64,000 nt of DNA from an uncultured virus (IMG/VR IMGVR_UViG_3300026522_000616) (IMGVR_UViG_3300026522_000616), one strand, 5' to 3'; shown: positions 1 to 11,280, numbered from the stretch's first letter. Notes: generated by a model from the letters alone, not told the origin. Made by a program: numbers and translations.

Positions 1-1
1 T

Positions 2-505
2 ACTGCATTTGGAAAAACAGGAATACCTGCTTCTATTATTGCGCATGATATTCCTGAAATGGAAATAGAAACAAATAAAATTTTAAAAATTTTATCAAAT
101 GATACAATGTCTATACAGTTTATTACTTCAAAGAAAACTGCCATAACTAAGAAAACAGTTGATACATTAGAAATTGTTGTTAATGATATGAATGGTTCTC
201 GTTCATATGAAACATATAGTGGTGGCGAAAAATTCCGTATAGATTTTGCTTGTCATATTGGTATGGCTAAATTTTTAACTAAACGTGCAGGTGCAAGTAT
301 AGATTTTCTTATTGTAGATGAAGGTTTGGGAAGTCAAGATGATTTTGCTAAACAAAAATTTATTGAGAGCATCCATAGTCTACAAGGGTTGTTTAAACAA
401 ATTATGGTGATTACTCATATACAAGATTTGCAAAATGCTTTTGATAACCGTGTATTAATTGAGAAAACACCTATAAATGGTTCTACGGTTCAATTACTCA
501 ATTAA
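2..505 (+). CDS. sbcC: SbcC/Rad50-like ATPase, C-terminal part (5' end lies outside the window)
   Basis: ABC signature YSGGEKFR, Walker B IVDEGLGSQD, H-loop VITH; frame open from position 2. Confidence 0.88.
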   Translation, partial: TAFGKTGIPASIIAHDIPEMEIETNKILKILSNDTMSIQFITSKKTAITKKTVDTLEIVVNDMNGSRSYETYSGGEKFRIDFACHIGMAKFLTKRAGASIDFLIVDEGLGSQDDFAKQKFIESIHSLQGLFKQIMVITHIQDLQNAFDNRVLIEKTPINGSTVQLLN

Positions 506-510
506 AAGCA

Positions 511-539
511 TTGACAGATATAACAAAATATGATATTAT
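511..539 (+). promoter_or_regulatory. sigma70/sigmaA-type promoter
   Basis: TTGACA (511-516), 17 nt spacer, TATTAT (534-539). Confidence 0.65.
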
Positions 540-565
540 GGTATAAAATGAAAGGAGTAGATAAA

Positions 566-1258
566 ATGGAATTGAAAGATGAAGATTTAGAATTTATGTC
601 TTTTGACGAAGATAAGCCAAAGAAAAAAATAAAACACAAAACGTCTACAGATGATTCATTTAATGAAACGTTGGACAAATTAGATGAAGAATATGGAGAT
701 AAGAATTGTAGTTTTGTTGATGTAGAAAATATTGGTAAGACAATGCTTTCTGTATTACCTAAATTAGATTTTGAAAAGTATCGAAAAGAAATGAATAAAA
801 TGCACGTAGATGTATATGAAAATCCAACAACTTTTCAGATTACAGAATCTATGGCAAAAGTACAACAGTATAAAAATCGTTTATCTGAAATTATGATTAT
901 GGTAGAACACGAATATATGACAAGAAAACGTGTTAATGATATTTTGTTTGATGCTAATCAAGCGGTTTCTAAACAGAGTTCTGCTGATAAACGACGTGGT
1001 GAAGCTACATTACGTTTTCCTGTATTACTTTTGAAATTGAGTAATATTGAATCGTTTCGATATGAAGTAACAAATGTAATGAATAATATGAGAAGTATTG
1101 GTGATACTATTTCACGACAGGCTTCTGTTATGCAAATGCAGATTACATTGGGCGAATATCGTAAAAAAATGCCCAGTGAATTTAACAAGACTTCCGAAGG
1201 AGAAGAACCATTGGATTATAAATCTGGTGCTCCTGAATTAACGTGGGAAAATGTATAA
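566..1258 (+). CDS. hypothetical helical phage protein
   Basis: ORF; AAGGAG RBS before ATG at 566. Confidence 0.7.
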   Translation: MELKDEDLEFMSFDEDKPKKKIKHKTSTDDSFNETLDKLDEEYGDKNCSFVDVENIGKTMLSVLPKLDFEKYRKEMNKMHVDVYENPTTFQITESMAKVQQYKNRLSEIMIMVEHEYMTRKRVNDILFDANQAVSKQSSADKRRGEATLRFPVLLLKLSNIESFRYEVTNVMNNMRSIGDTISRQASVMQMQITLGEYRKKMPSEFNKTSEGEEPLDYKSGAPELTWENV

Positions 1259-1334
1259 ATTTTAATATAATTTTAATGCCATATTATACCAATGTGGCAT
1301 TTTTTATGTTATAATATAAAAAGGTAGGTGATAA

Positions 1335-2399
1335 ATGATGGCAAAAAAGCAGATTACCATAAAGGATTTTATGGAAAGTAGATTTTTATATGATGCTATG
1401 ACAAAAGCCATTGCTCGTGCTAAAGGTTATCGTCTTAGTGCAACAGAATATTACCCATTGTCTGCTGAATTATATAAATTATCCGAGGATTACAAAACAA
1501 AAAAGGATTTAATTATTGCTTCTCAAACCACAAATGTTGTTGATTTGGGAAATGGTTGGATTGGGTTGCTTTATAAAAAAGGTAAAAAAACAGACATTTG
1601 TATTAATCCATTAACAACAAATGGTATTGAAGATATTACTATTGACTTTGTAACAGATAGATTGCAAGAAAAGGATGAATATGACCAATTTATCCATGAC
1701 CATTTCAACCAAGAAGTTCTTGCAAAATATAAAAATGATGTGTTACGTAAAGCAGATGAATATCTTTTTCAATTTTTTCAATATGATGATAAAATCAACA
1801 AAAATGGAACACAGTATTTTTTGACATTACATTGTATTACTCGTTGGGATGAACGAATTAATAATGGTAATGGAAAAATTGATGCTAATAAACGTAAGGA
1901 CATTGTTAAAGATATTGTAAAATCTTTCGTCCAATCAAAATTAGTTTATTATAAAGAAGAAACAGGTAGTTATTATTATCTGAATTATGAAGATTTAATT
2001 TTATATGTTGTAACGGAAGATAATATTATTGCTACTTTATGGAAAAATGAATTTGGATTTAGTAGTGATGAAATTAATCGTCAAATTACTTTATTACAAT
2101 TAGAGAAAATACAAAAAACGAAAAACAAATTCGACAAAATTAAATATAAGATAAATAAAAATATTAGCGATTGTGATAGAGAAATTAATGACTATCAAAA
2201 TAAAATCAAAAACATAGAAAAACAAATAAATGATTTACTTGAGCAAAAAAACGACTTAATTGAGCAACAAAATGAAGTCAAAGACAAAAATATGCTTTTG
2301 AAGCAAAATTTGAATGATGAATATCAAATTTTGCAAAAGGAAGAAAATTTTATATTGAAACCTCATAGGTTGGTGACAGTTGATGACAAAGAAGAATGA
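1335..2399 (+). CDS. hypothetical protein with HxxxRxxER motif and C-terminal coiled coil
   Basis: 354 aa ORF, RBS AGGTG, TLHCITRWDER, heptad-rich C-terminus. Confidence 0.7.
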   Translation: MMAKKQITIKDFMESRFLYDAMTKAIARAKGYRLSATEYYPLSAELYKLSEDYKTKKDLIIASQTTNVVDLGNGWIGLLYKKGKKTDICINPLTTNGIEDITIDFVTDRLQEKDEYDQFIHDHFNQEVLAKYKNDVLRKADEYLFQFFQYDDKINKNGTQYFLTLHCITRWDERINNGNGKIDANKRKDIVKDIVKSFVQSKLVYYKEETGSYYYLNYEDLILYVVTEDNIIATLWKNEFGFSSDEINRQITLLQLEKIQKTKNKFDKIKYKINKNISDCDREINDYQNKIKNIEKQINDLLEQKNDLIEQQNEVKDKNMLLKQNLNDEYQILQKEENFILKPHRLVTVDDKEE

Positions 2400-2952
2400 A
2401 CTGTATCAACAATATTTTTTACGTTTATGTAAAGAGTATAAAACAATTTTTAAAACTTGTTCTTATCAAATAGACAAAGAATATGTAAAAAAAATTATTG
2501 TATCAGGTGTTAATTGGTTAGCTAATTTAACCAAAAAAGATGTTAATAAAGATACAATTGTATTAATAGTTACTTCTTTAAATGTTGTATTCAAGTCTTT
2601 TTTAACATTATCAGCAGAGGAAATAGCTAATTTGTTTCCTCCTAAAAAAGTATATTATGGTCAGAAATATCAAAGCAAAGATTATTTTACTGCAAAAGAT
2701 ACAATTAAGGTGTATCAGGATTGTGGGTTTCATAATAACGAAGAACTTTTATTACAGTTTTTAGAAGATTTAACTAACGTAAAAATATGGAAATTGTTAT
2801 TAATTAGATTAAAATTAACTCCATATATTGAAATTTATAAAGAAACAAAAAAACAAGCTATAAAAAGAGAAAACATTAGTTTAAAATTTTGTGATTTTGT
2901 TGTTATAAGACCTGATGGCTTTGATATAGTAAAAAGTAAAAAGAGGAAATAA
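2380..2952 (+). CDS. hypothetical protein
   Basis: 190 aa ORF in operon. Confidence 0.65.
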   Translation: MMTKKNELYQQYFLRLCKEYKTIFKTCSYQIDKEYVKKIIVSGVNWLANLTKKDVNKDTIVLIVTSLNVVFKSFLTLSAEEIANLFPPKKVYYGQKYQSKDYFTAKDTIKVYQDCGFHNNEELLLQFLEDLTNVKIWKLLLIRLKLTPYIEIYKETKKQAIKRENISLKFCDFVVIRPDGFDIVKSKKRK

Positions 2953-2953
2953 T

Positions 2954-3544
2954 ATGGATAGTGAAATAAAAGATTATTTACCTAAATTTGATGAAAAACA
3001 AAGAATCTTACCAAAACAACCATTTTGTGCTAGTTGTAAAAAAAGATTGAATTGCGAAAAATTAAAGTTGAAACAGTTAGAAAATCAAACAACAAATAAA
3101 TACGCAGAAGTTTTTATTGCTATGTATTATACTTGTGATGATTTTGACCCTATTTATATACAATTTCCAATTACGGTAAACGAAATTACAAATGACCTTG
3201 CTTTTGATACGTTCAATAGAGAAAAACACGTTGGAGAATGGTGTGTTGTTGTATTAAATGCAGAAGGTTATGACGAAGAAATGCACGTAGGTATTTATTT
3301 AGGGGAATTACCTTTAACTGTACACGCATTATATGATAAGAAAAATAGTACTATTACAAATCGTTTTCATAATAGCCCTGCTATTTTATTACCTGTATTT
3401 CATAAAGTGTTTTATGGATATAATATGCGTTGGAAATTTATTAATGAAGAAGATGACTTTAAAAATTTGTCACAAAAAGATACAAAGGATTATCAAGATT
3501 ATATAGAAATTGCGAAAAAACAGTTGACAAAATCTGAAAAATGA
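2954..3544 (+). CDS. hypothetical protein, Cys-containing N-terminus
   Basis: 196 aa ORF, RBS GAGG, CxxC..C motif. Confidence 0.7.
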   Translation: MDSEIKDYLPKFDEKQRILPKQPFCASCKKRLNCEKLKLKQLENQTTNKYAEVFIAMYYTCDDFDPIYIQFPITVNEITNDLAFDTFNREKHVGEWCVVVLNAEGYDEEMHVGIYLGELPLTVHALYDKKNSTITNRFHNSPAILLPVFHKVFYGYNMRWKFINEEDDFKNLSQKDTKDYQDYIEIAKKQLTKSEK

Positions 3545-3758
3545 GTATAATAAAACTATCAACAAGAGATATTACTTAGGTAGACAAGTAAATAAAGAAA
3601 AAGTAGTTGACTTGTTGTAGTGAGTGTGTTATAATAAACTCACAAAAGAAGTTTTTAACCAACATTGACCAAGAGTTGCCGAAATTGCCTTATATGTCAT
3701 TATTGCAAAAACGCACACGAATGGTACAATGAAAGTAAGTTAATGGAGGTCAAAAATT

Positions 3759-4418
3759 ATGGCTACACAGTTTGACATGACGTGGGATTCTATTAAGGAC
3801 AACAATGGCAGTAATGTTGCCTATATGAAACTCGAAACAGGTTCTAAGGGCAATCGTGTTCGCATTGTTTCCAATCCATCAGAGATTGATGTACATTGGG
3901 AGAAAGATGTGAATGGTGGTAATCATCGTATTGTTTGCGCAGGTTCTAAATGCCTGTTTTGTGAGCGTGGTGAAAAGCCTCAGACACGTTATCAGATGCT
4001 TGTTCTTGACAAGAACAATTGGAATCCTGAAAAGGGATATGGTTCTGATGGTGCGCAGGTAAAGGTACTTGAAGTTGGTCGTTCGGTTATTACGGCGATT
4101 AAACAGTTTGCACTTGACCCTGATTATGGTAATCCTACTACATATGACCTGAAGATTAAGAAGGAAGGTAGCGGTCGTGATACACGATATTCTGTTTCTC
4201 CTTCTCCGAAGAAGTCTGAACTGACGGACGAGGAAAAGGAAGCAGTAGAAAATGCTCCTTCTCTTAAAGAAATCAATAAGATTAATACGAATGAGGAACT
4301 TCTTGCTATGAACCTGGCTTCCTTGCAGGATATGGCAGATGATGATGAAGATGAAGCTCCAAAGAAAAATGGTAAGGGTTCGGAAGATGATGATGAAGAT
4401 GGTTGGGACAACTTCTAA
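3759..4418 (+). CDS. single-stranded DNA-binding protein (gp32-like)
   Basis: H..C..CxxC Zn motif, YDLKIKKEGSGRDTRY, acidic tail ending DDDEDGWDNF, strong RBS GGAGG. Confidence 0.78.
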   Translation: MATQFDMTWDSIKDNNGSNVAYMKLETGSKGNRVRIVSNPSEIDVHWEKDVNGGNHRIVCAGSKCLFCERGEKPQTRYQMLVLDKNNWNPEKGYGSDGAQVKVLEVGRSVITAIKQFALDPDYGNPTTYDLKIKKEGSGRDTRYSVSPSPKKSELTDEEKEAVENAPSLKEINKINTNEELLAMNLASLQDMADDDEDEAPKKNGKGSEDDDEDGWDNF

Positions 4419-4441
4419 CATCTAATCACTAAAATATATAG

Positions 4442-4477
4442 AAAGGTACATACAAAATTTAGTATGTACCTTTTTTT
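4442..4477 (+). terminator. intrinsic terminator
   Basis: AAAGGTACATAC/GTATGTACCTTT hairpin followed by a T run. Confidence 0.75.
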
Positions 4478-4898
4478 ATCAAAGAGGTGTGAAATTATTA
4501 TGATTATGTATCACAATTTATATTTTTCTAAAAAAGAAAAATGCTTTGTAAATATTTGTGTTTCTCATGAATATGAAATTATGAGTGAATTTCACAAAGA
4601 ACTTGGGGAAATGATTTATATGCTACGTGATGTAGCAACGATTATGGACGATACGGGTAAAGATAAAAATATTAAACCGTTACCTCCAATGAATGAAGAA
4701 AAAGTACAAAAACGTTTGGATGAATTGAATAATGAATGTCATTATGATTTAATCCCCATTAACAATTGGTCAAATATTAAAATCACTTCTTTTACAAAGA
4801 ATAAAAAAATTAAATATAGAAATATTGAAAAAGCAACTAAATTGGTGTATAATGAAATTGGAAATAAAATTAAAAGGGAGATTTTAAAGAATGGATAA
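4464..4898 (+). CDS. hypothetical protein (true start probably near 4500)
   Basis: ORF, RBS GAGGTG upstream of an internal ATG. Confidence 0.6.
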   Translation: MYLFLSKRCEIIMIMYHNLYFSKKEKCFVNICVSHEYEIMSEFHKELGEMIYMLRDVATIMDDTGKDKNIKPLPPMNEEKVQKRLDELNNECHYDLIPINNWSNIKITSFTKNKKIKYRNIEKATKLVYNEIGNKIKREILKNG

Positions 4899-6690
4899 AC
4901 CAATTGTAAAACTTTTGACATATACTCCAAATCCTGAAAAAATTATTGCTTCTGCGGCTCGCCTTTGTTATGCTAATACTGTTAGCATTGCAACATTGAT
5001 GGACAATCTTACAGAAGAAAAGATTAATAGTATGGTTTCAAAACTTGCTTCTATGGGACACAGTTCTCCATTCCAAAATGTATACTATACATTTGGTATT
5101 GAAAATGTTTCTCGTGCTTGGTCATTACAATTTGCTCGTCATCATGTAGGTGTATCTTTTGACCAACGTTCTCAAAGATATGTAAACGAAGGTAAATTTA
5201 AGTATATTACGCCACTTGCTATTGAATCGAATAAAGAATTAAAAGAAAAATTTGATTCATTTATGAAAAATACGACTAATTTTTATAATGAATTGGTAAA
5301 TGCAGGTATAAAAAAAGAGGATGCGCGTTCTATTCTCCCAAATGCTTGTGAAACAAAATTAATTGCTACGATTAATGCACAAGAACTTTTCCATATTTTT
5401 GGATTGCGTTGTTGTTGCTATGATGATAAAACAGAAGTTTTAACTAATAATGGATGGAAATTTTTTAAAGATATAAGTGATGAAGATTTGTTTTATTCAA
5501 TGAATCCAAAAACATATAAGACGGAATTAGTTGAAAAAAAACAATATATAAAAGAATTTTATAATGGTGACATGGTTACTGTTAATTCACAAAGTATTAA
5601 TTTAAATGTTACTCCAACTCATAATATGTATGTAGCATATTCTTATGATTATAAAAATTATAATTTTGATAAAGCAAAAAATATTAATACGCATAAAAGA
5701 GTATTTATGAAAAAAAATTGTTTACCAATAAAAGGTGAAATAATTGAGTATTTTTGTATACCGAGTATTGAAAATATTGTGAATAAAAACAGATTACATC
5801 ATAATAATGCTACAGAAAAAAAAGTACCAATTAATGATTTTTTACAATTTTTAGGCATGTATTTATCAGATGGATATGTCACAAAAGCAGATTATCATTA
5901 TATTGTTGGAATATCTAAAGGTGATATAAATAAAATTAATAAATATAAATCTATATTGGAAAAACTATCTAATAATAAACCATCAATAATTAAGGATGGT
6001 AATGGTTGGAAATTACAAATACATGATAGAAGACTTTATGAATATTTTAAACAATTTGGCAAAGCAAAAGATAAATATATACCAAATGAAATTTTCAATC
6101 TTGATAGTTCGTTGCTAAAATATTTGTTTCATGGTCTTTGTGATGGAGATATGAATAAGGCAAAAACAGAATATTCAACAATATCATATCAATTAGCTAA
6201 TGATATAACTAGATTATGTTTACATATTGGATTGTCGGCTACAATTATGGTAAATAATAGGATTGGTAAAAAACATGTTGTTAAGAATAACTATAATAAT
6301 AAATTTCATACGATAGAAAATAAAAATGTATCGTATGGAGTTTCTATTAATCGCACTAAAAATGAACCGGCAATTAAATATTCTAATAGAAATAATATTT
6401 CAACAACTCATTACGAAGGGTATGTATATTGTGTCGATTTAAAAAGAAATCACCTTTTATATGTAAGAAAAAATGGTAGAAGTGTTTGGTGTGGAAATTG
6501 TCGCGCCCAGCTTGAATTTAGACAAGTGGCGAATGAAATGCTAAAACTTGTCAAAGAAGTTTCACCTATTATTTTTAAAAACGCAGGAGCGCATTGTGAT
6601 ATGTTAGGATATTGCCCTGAAGGTGAAATGTGTTGTGGCAAAGCTCCAACACTAAAAGAACTTACAGATAATTATAAATCGAACAAGTAA
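4891..6690 (+). CDS. thyX: flavin-dependent thymidylate synthase ThyX containing an intein
   Basis: GHSSPF, RHHVGVSFDQRSQRY ThyX motif, EDARSILP; LRCC|CRAQLEFR rejoined after intein removal. Confidence 0.93.
   Translation: MDKPIVKLLTYTPNPEKIIASAARLCYANTVSIATLMDNLTEEKINSMVSKLASMGHSSPFQNVYYTFGIENVSRAWSLQFARHHVGVSFDQRSQRYVNEGKFKYITPLAIESNKELKEKFDSFMKNTTNFYNELVNAGIKKEDARSILPNACETKLIATINAQELFHIFGLRCCCYDDKTEVLTNNGWKFFKDISDEDLFYSMNPKTYKTELVEKKQYIKEFYNGDMVTVNSQSINLNVTPTHNMYVAYSYDYKNYNFDKAKNINTHKRVFMKKNCLPIKGEIIEYFCIPSIENIVNKNRLHHNNATEKKVPINDFLQFLGMYLSDGYVTKADYHYIVGISKGDINKINKYKSILEKLSNNKPSIIKDGNGWKLQIHDRRLYEYFKQFGKAKDKYIPNEIFNLDSSLLKYLFHGLCDGDMNKAKTEYSTISYQLANDITRLCLHIGLSATIMVNNRIGKKHVVKNNYNNKFHTIENKNVSYGVSINRTKNEPAIKYSNRNNISTTHYEGYVYCVDLKRNHLLYVRKNGRSVWCGNCRAQLEFRQVANEMLKLVKEVSPIIFKNAGAHCDMLGYCPEGEMCCGKAPTLKELTDNYKSNK
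5416..6498 (+). mobile_element. intein with LAGLIDADG homing endonuclease (361 aa)
   Basis: Block A CYDDKTEVLT, block B VTPTH, LAGLIDADG motifs LGMYLSDG and FHGLCDGDM, block F VYCVDL, C-terminal WCGN followed by Cys+1. Confidence 0.92.
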
Positions 6691-6780
6691 AGTAAAACCT
6701 AGTAGAAATATAATCATTCTACTAGGTTTTTGTATTTCATAATTAGAGATAAAATCGTGAAGAAAGGAAAAGGTATTTTT

Positions 6781-9700
6781 ATGGCAGTAATTTCTAATTA
6801 TGTATTTACTAATTTAATATCCATGTATGGATATACACCAAATCTATTTATTGATGATTATAATACATTATATGCTACATTTGCAAATAATTATCAAGGT
6901 TCTAATTTTCTTACTTTATATTCTTCTCCTGATAATGGTGTAACGTGGGTAGAAGATTCCGTACCTGTATCAGAAACATATACATTTGATAGCCCAAAAA
7001 TCATTGTATCTAATGACATATACTATTTGTTTTCTAATGTAAAAGAAAACATTGTAACAAAAAAATCCATTGTCTTAATAAAAAAATATACTAATATTAC
7101 AGATGATGATGGTAATATAACGGCAGAAGATTTTTGGGAAGATGATTATAAAAAAGTAATTTTTGATACTAATTATAATTGCCGTATTACAGATTGTAAA
7201 TTAAGCGAAAATAAATATTATATATATATTACCTATGACAAAGAACTAATGTCAGGTGTATATGAAGCTCGTTTTGCAGTCTATTCTATTTTAGATGAAA
7301 AGATAAAAATAGATATATCTATTATGTCTGATAGTGCTATTAACAATCACAATGCTAAAATTGTAGAAATAGACCAAGAAACAGTTGGTTTTTCATATGA
7401 AACGCAATATATTTCTGAATATGGAAATAAAACATATCAAATAGCTTATCGTCAATATTCTTTATCCGCAGGTGCATGGACAAACACTTTACAAGTTAGC
7501 AATGATTTAAAGCATAACAACTATCATCAGTCTGTTGTTAAAGATAGTGGCGATACAATATATATTGTATGGCTTAATACACAAAACGTTAATTATAAAG
7601 GCAGTATAAAGTATTTTGCCACTAATACAATTAAATTAGCAACAATATCTAATAATACTGTAGATACAATTGAAGATATAACAACAGAGGCACAAGAAAA
7701 CGAATATCCATATATTCTTTGTGATTTAAATGATAATTTATATATCTTATACAATAAAGATAACAAAGTACAGTATCTAAGACAAAAATACGATAAATGG
7801 GTATCCATTAGCGAATTAGAAGATAATACTTGGAAAATGCTAATGGGACTTTGTTTCGATAGCAATTTATATACTATTATAGAACAAGATGATGGATATA
7901 ATTATATTTGTCGTATAGATACTACATTAGCAGAAAATTTTGAACCTGTTAGAGATTTACAAATATATGATGTAAATAATGAAGAAATTGGATTGGCATG
8001 GACTTCTGCTAGAAACGCTAATTATATTGAAGTACAACAAAAATTATCAAATATTGTTTTATGGGATTATACATTGGCAAATACAACCACTCCTATAAAC
8101 AAAGATACTAATACAGTACAAGTTGTTGGATTAGAAGATAAAACATATTATGCTTTTAAACTAGAATATACCACAACAGATGGAAATATACATACACAAT
8201 ATTTTCCAGAGAAATATGTAGACCACACAACAAATGAAAATTTTAAATTTGATTGGACAGTAAATCTAAATACAAAAAAACAAGTATTGTATGTAGCAAA
8301 AGAAAAATGGGAATATGTTAAAGATGTTCCTGTTATTGCAAATAATACATCATTTGGAATTAATTCAAATGGTAATTGTTATCGTTTATATATTAAAGGT
8401 GGTTATGCAGAAGGATATTCAAATACTGTATCCCCATTAACAATTGATTTAAAAGACGAAAATTATGTATTATCATGGACACCATTTAGAACTGCTAGTA
8501 AGGTAGAATTACAACAAAGTATAGATAAAGATATATATTATAAAGCCGTTGATACTAATATTAGTACAAAAGATAGTCAATTTACTATATCTAAGTTGAA
8601 TCATGTCATCTATCATTATCGTATTGCTTATACTATTAATGATAAAGTTAATTATACTAATATTGTTACATTAACAAATAACTTACAATTATTAGAAGTT
8701 GGATATAATTATATTAATATTTCATGGATAACTGTTGATAAAGATGAACAGGTACAATTACAAATTTCAACGGATAAAGGAAAAACATGGCAAAATAAAA
8801 CATTCCATAAAGATAGCACGACCAATATTACAAAAGTATCGAAATTACAATATGCAACAGATTATAAAATAAGATTATATTTCCCTGATAGATATACAGG
8901 TCAATATTCAAATATAATAACATTTAAAACAGAAAAACATCCAATAACAAATCTGATTGTTGATTGCAATTCAAAAGATACTATCAATTTTCAATTCGAT
9001 ATGGGTAGTTCTGTATCTGATGCAGAACTAGAACTATATGATATTTATGATGGTTCTAAAAAGAAATATAAATTATCTACTTTAACAAGTAATTTAACAA
9101 AAACAAATCCTAGTGACCCTGATACTTGTTATTTGAATAAAACAACACATCGTATTAAAGGTAAAATTAGTGGATTAAAAAAAGGAACATATTATAGCGT
9201 ATTTATAACTGCTTTAGACGCTTATTATGGCAATAGTAAAGTATCGGATATAGTAAATACATTAGGTGATGGAATTACTTCTTTATCGTTTACCAATTTA
9301 AAAGCGCATGAAGTTACATTGAATATTGGTACATTAGATAGAATAAATAATACAAATGCTTCTGATTTTATCATTATTCGATATACAAAGGATAATATAG
9401 AATATGAAGAAATCAAAACAAATATTACTTTCCCATATAAATTAGAAGGATTAGAACAGAATACTGTATATCATATACAAATACAATGTTCCTATGGTAA
9501 TAATTATGGTGAAAGCAATATTATCACAATAAAAACACCAGCAGATAGTTTTAATCCGATTATAGGCAAAAGACTAAATGATGAATGTTGCTTTACTTAT
9601 AGTAAACCAAATAAACTATTTTATATTTTTGATAAAGGGAAATTATATACATATAATAAAGATACAAAAGCACAAAAATTATTGGTAGATTATAAAATTC

Positions 9701-11007
9701 AAGCAAACCACATTTATGGAGATATAGACGTAGATAAAAATGGTAAAGTTCATTTAGTCTTTACTTATGGGAAAGGTATTTATTATGCTACAAATTGTCG
9801 TACATTAAATGATGACGAAACGATTACAGAACACAAATTAACAGATATAATTACGGTAGATACGAATAATTTAGTAAATGAATATTTATATCCTGATATA
9901 GCTATAGATATGAATAATAATTATTTGTATATTGTTTGGCAAGCAGACTATGGTACATATAGCGATATTTGCTATATGCAATATCGTAATGCAGAACCAT
10001 CACAAGATAACGTAATGAATTTAATTACAAACAAAACGTCTTATCATAATTTACCAAAAGTTGTATTGCAAGAAAATGGTAGTTGGTCTGTATTTTGTAT
10101 AGATAATACAGGCATTTTAAAATGCGCTATGATAGATATAGATAATGATTATACGTCTGTTACTTATTTGCAACCTTCTGTTAACATTCAAACAGTAAAA
10201 TTAGAAAATCCATATTTAAATGATTATAATAATTTTGATGTATGGGCAGATGTAGCAGGAGGATATAGATTATTATATGACTCTATAGATTCTGATGGGT
10301 ATAGAACTTCTACCTATGCTTTATTAAATTTTGACAAACAAGAACCGCTTACAGTAGAAAATATTTTTAATGATGGTTTACACGATGTAAAAATTTATGC
10401 AGGTCAGGAATTAACGTTGATTGGTAGAAATACAAATGATATATATATATCAAAATATCAAAACGATGAAATGAATCAAGGATTCTCTGATTTAGCACAA
10501 TTAACAATTCAGACGGATGATTTTAAACCATTAACTACATATTATGATGAAGAAAATATTTATATTTTAACTAGAAATGCAGGTATGTGGAAAATAGATA
10601 ATATTTCACAAGCAGATATTGTTGATACGGATATTTCTACAGGTGGTATATTAATGAGTACACCAATTGAATATCAAGCAAATGACCAACAATTTGTTGC
10701 TATTATGTGGACAGTAGGTGATTCTAATAATTATCCACAAGTCTATATAAAAGTAAATAATGATGTAAAGAATATTACACCTACAGATGAATTTGGTTAT
10801 CCTGATAATCAAGTATTTGTTATTAATAAAATAGAAGAAATGAATTTAGCAGATTCTTCTATTTCTAGTATAATAAAAAGTAATACTAAGTATGTATTAA
10901 AAGTTACATATAATGATACAAAATCAATAATACTTGACATAACGAATATGTTGTATTATAATTGGGATAGCAATGAAATGTATAATAAATTGTCTAATAT
11001 GAGTTAA
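6781..11007 (+). CDS. large beta-rich virion protein with BNR/propeller-like and fibronectin type III-like repeats
   Basis: SPDNGVTW and STDKGKTW Asp-boxes; several FN3 motifs (GLEDKTYY, KLQYATDYKIRL, GLKKGTYY, GLEQNTVYHIQI). Confidence 0.7.
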   Translation: MAVISNYVFTNLISMYGYTPNLFIDDYNTLYATFANNYQGSNFLTLYSSPDNGVTWVEDSVPVSETYTFDSPKIIVSNDIYYLFSNVKENIVTKKSIVLIKKYTNITDDDGNITAEDFWEDDYKKVIFDTNYNCRITDCKLSENKYYIYITYDKELMSGVYEARFAVYSILDEKIKIDISIMSDSAINNHNAKIVEIDQETVGFSYETQYISEYGNKTYQIAYRQYSLSAGAWTNTLQVSNDLKHNNYHQSVVKDSGDTIYIVWLNTQNVNYKGSIKYFATNTIKLATISNNTVDTIEDITTEAQENEYPYILCDLNDNLYILYNKDNKVQYLRQKYDKWVSISELEDNTWKMLMGLCFDSNLYTIIEQDDGYNYICRIDTTLAENFEPVRDLQIYDVNNEEIGLAWTSARNANYIEVQQKLSNIVLWDYTLANTTTPINKDTNTVQVVGLEDKTYYAFKLEYTTTDGNIHTQYFPEKYVDHTTNENFKFDWTVNLNTKKQVLYVAKEKWEYVKDVPVIANNTSFGINSNGNCYRLYIKGGYAEGYSNTVSPLTIDLKDENYVLSWTPFRTASKVELQQSIDKDIYYKAVDTNISTKDSQFTISKLNHVIYHYRIAYTINDKVNYTNIVTLTNNLQLLEVGYNYINISWITVDKDEQVQLQISTDKGKTWQNKTFHKDSTTNITKVSKLQYATDYKIRLYFPDRYTGQYSNIITFKTEKHPITNLIVDCNSKDTINFQFDMGSSVSDAELELYDIYDGSKKKYKLSTLTSNLTKTNPSDPDTCYLNKTTHRIKGKISGLKKGTYYSVFITALDAYYGNSKVSDIVNTLGDGITSLSFTNLKAHEVTLNIGTLDRINNTNASDFIIIRYTKDNIEYEEIKTNITFPYKLEGLEQNTVYHIQIQCSYGNNYGESNIITIKTPADSFNPIIGKRLNDECCFTYSKPNKLFYIFDKGKLYTYNKDTKAQKLLVDYKIQANHIYGDIDVDKNGKVHLVFTYGKGIYYATNCRTLNDDETITEHKLTDIITVDTNNLVNEYLYPDIAIDMNNNYLYIVWQADYGTYSDICYMQYRNAEPSQDNVMNLITNKTSYHNLPKVVLQENGSWSVFCIDNTGILKCAMIDIDNDYTSVTYLQPSVNIQTVKLENPYLNDYNNFDVWADVAGGYRLLYDSIDSDGYRTSTYALLNFDKQEPLTVENIFNDGLHDVKIYAGQELTLIGRNTNDIYISKYQNDEMNQGFSDLAQLTIQTDDFKPLTTYYDEENIYILTRNAGMWKIDNISQADIVDTDISTGGILMSTPIEYQANDQQFVAIMWTVGDSNNYPQVYIKVNNDVKNITPTDEFGYPDNQVFVINKIEEMNLADSSISSIIKSNTKYVLKVTYNDTKSIILDITNMLYYNWDSNEMYNKLSNMS

Positions 11008-11021
11008 AGGAGGACTGAATT

Positions 11022-11279
11022 TTGGACGATTTAGAAAAGAAATTACAAGAAATTTTAGATAGTATGAACCAAACTTTTGATATACATATTACAGAACAAG
11101 GTGAAGATACCATTATTACAAAATTAACAATAGATAATATAAAAAAAGACGGTTCAGAATTTCTTGAAAAATTCATAGGTTTCTTTTCTCCAATTGTTGA
11201 ACAAATGACAGATGGAGAAAAAGAAGTTGTATATGAAGAAGGAACAGGCTTAACAATTCGTAGAATTACAGAAGAATAA
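11022..11279 (+). CDS. hypothetical acidic protein
   Basis: RBS AAGGAGG, TTG start. Confidence 0.7.
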   Translation: MDDLEKKLQEILDSMNQTFDIHITEQGEDTIITKLTIDNIKKDGSEFLEKFIGFFSPIVEQMTDGEKEVVYEEGTGLTIRRITEE

Positions 11280-11280
11280 A

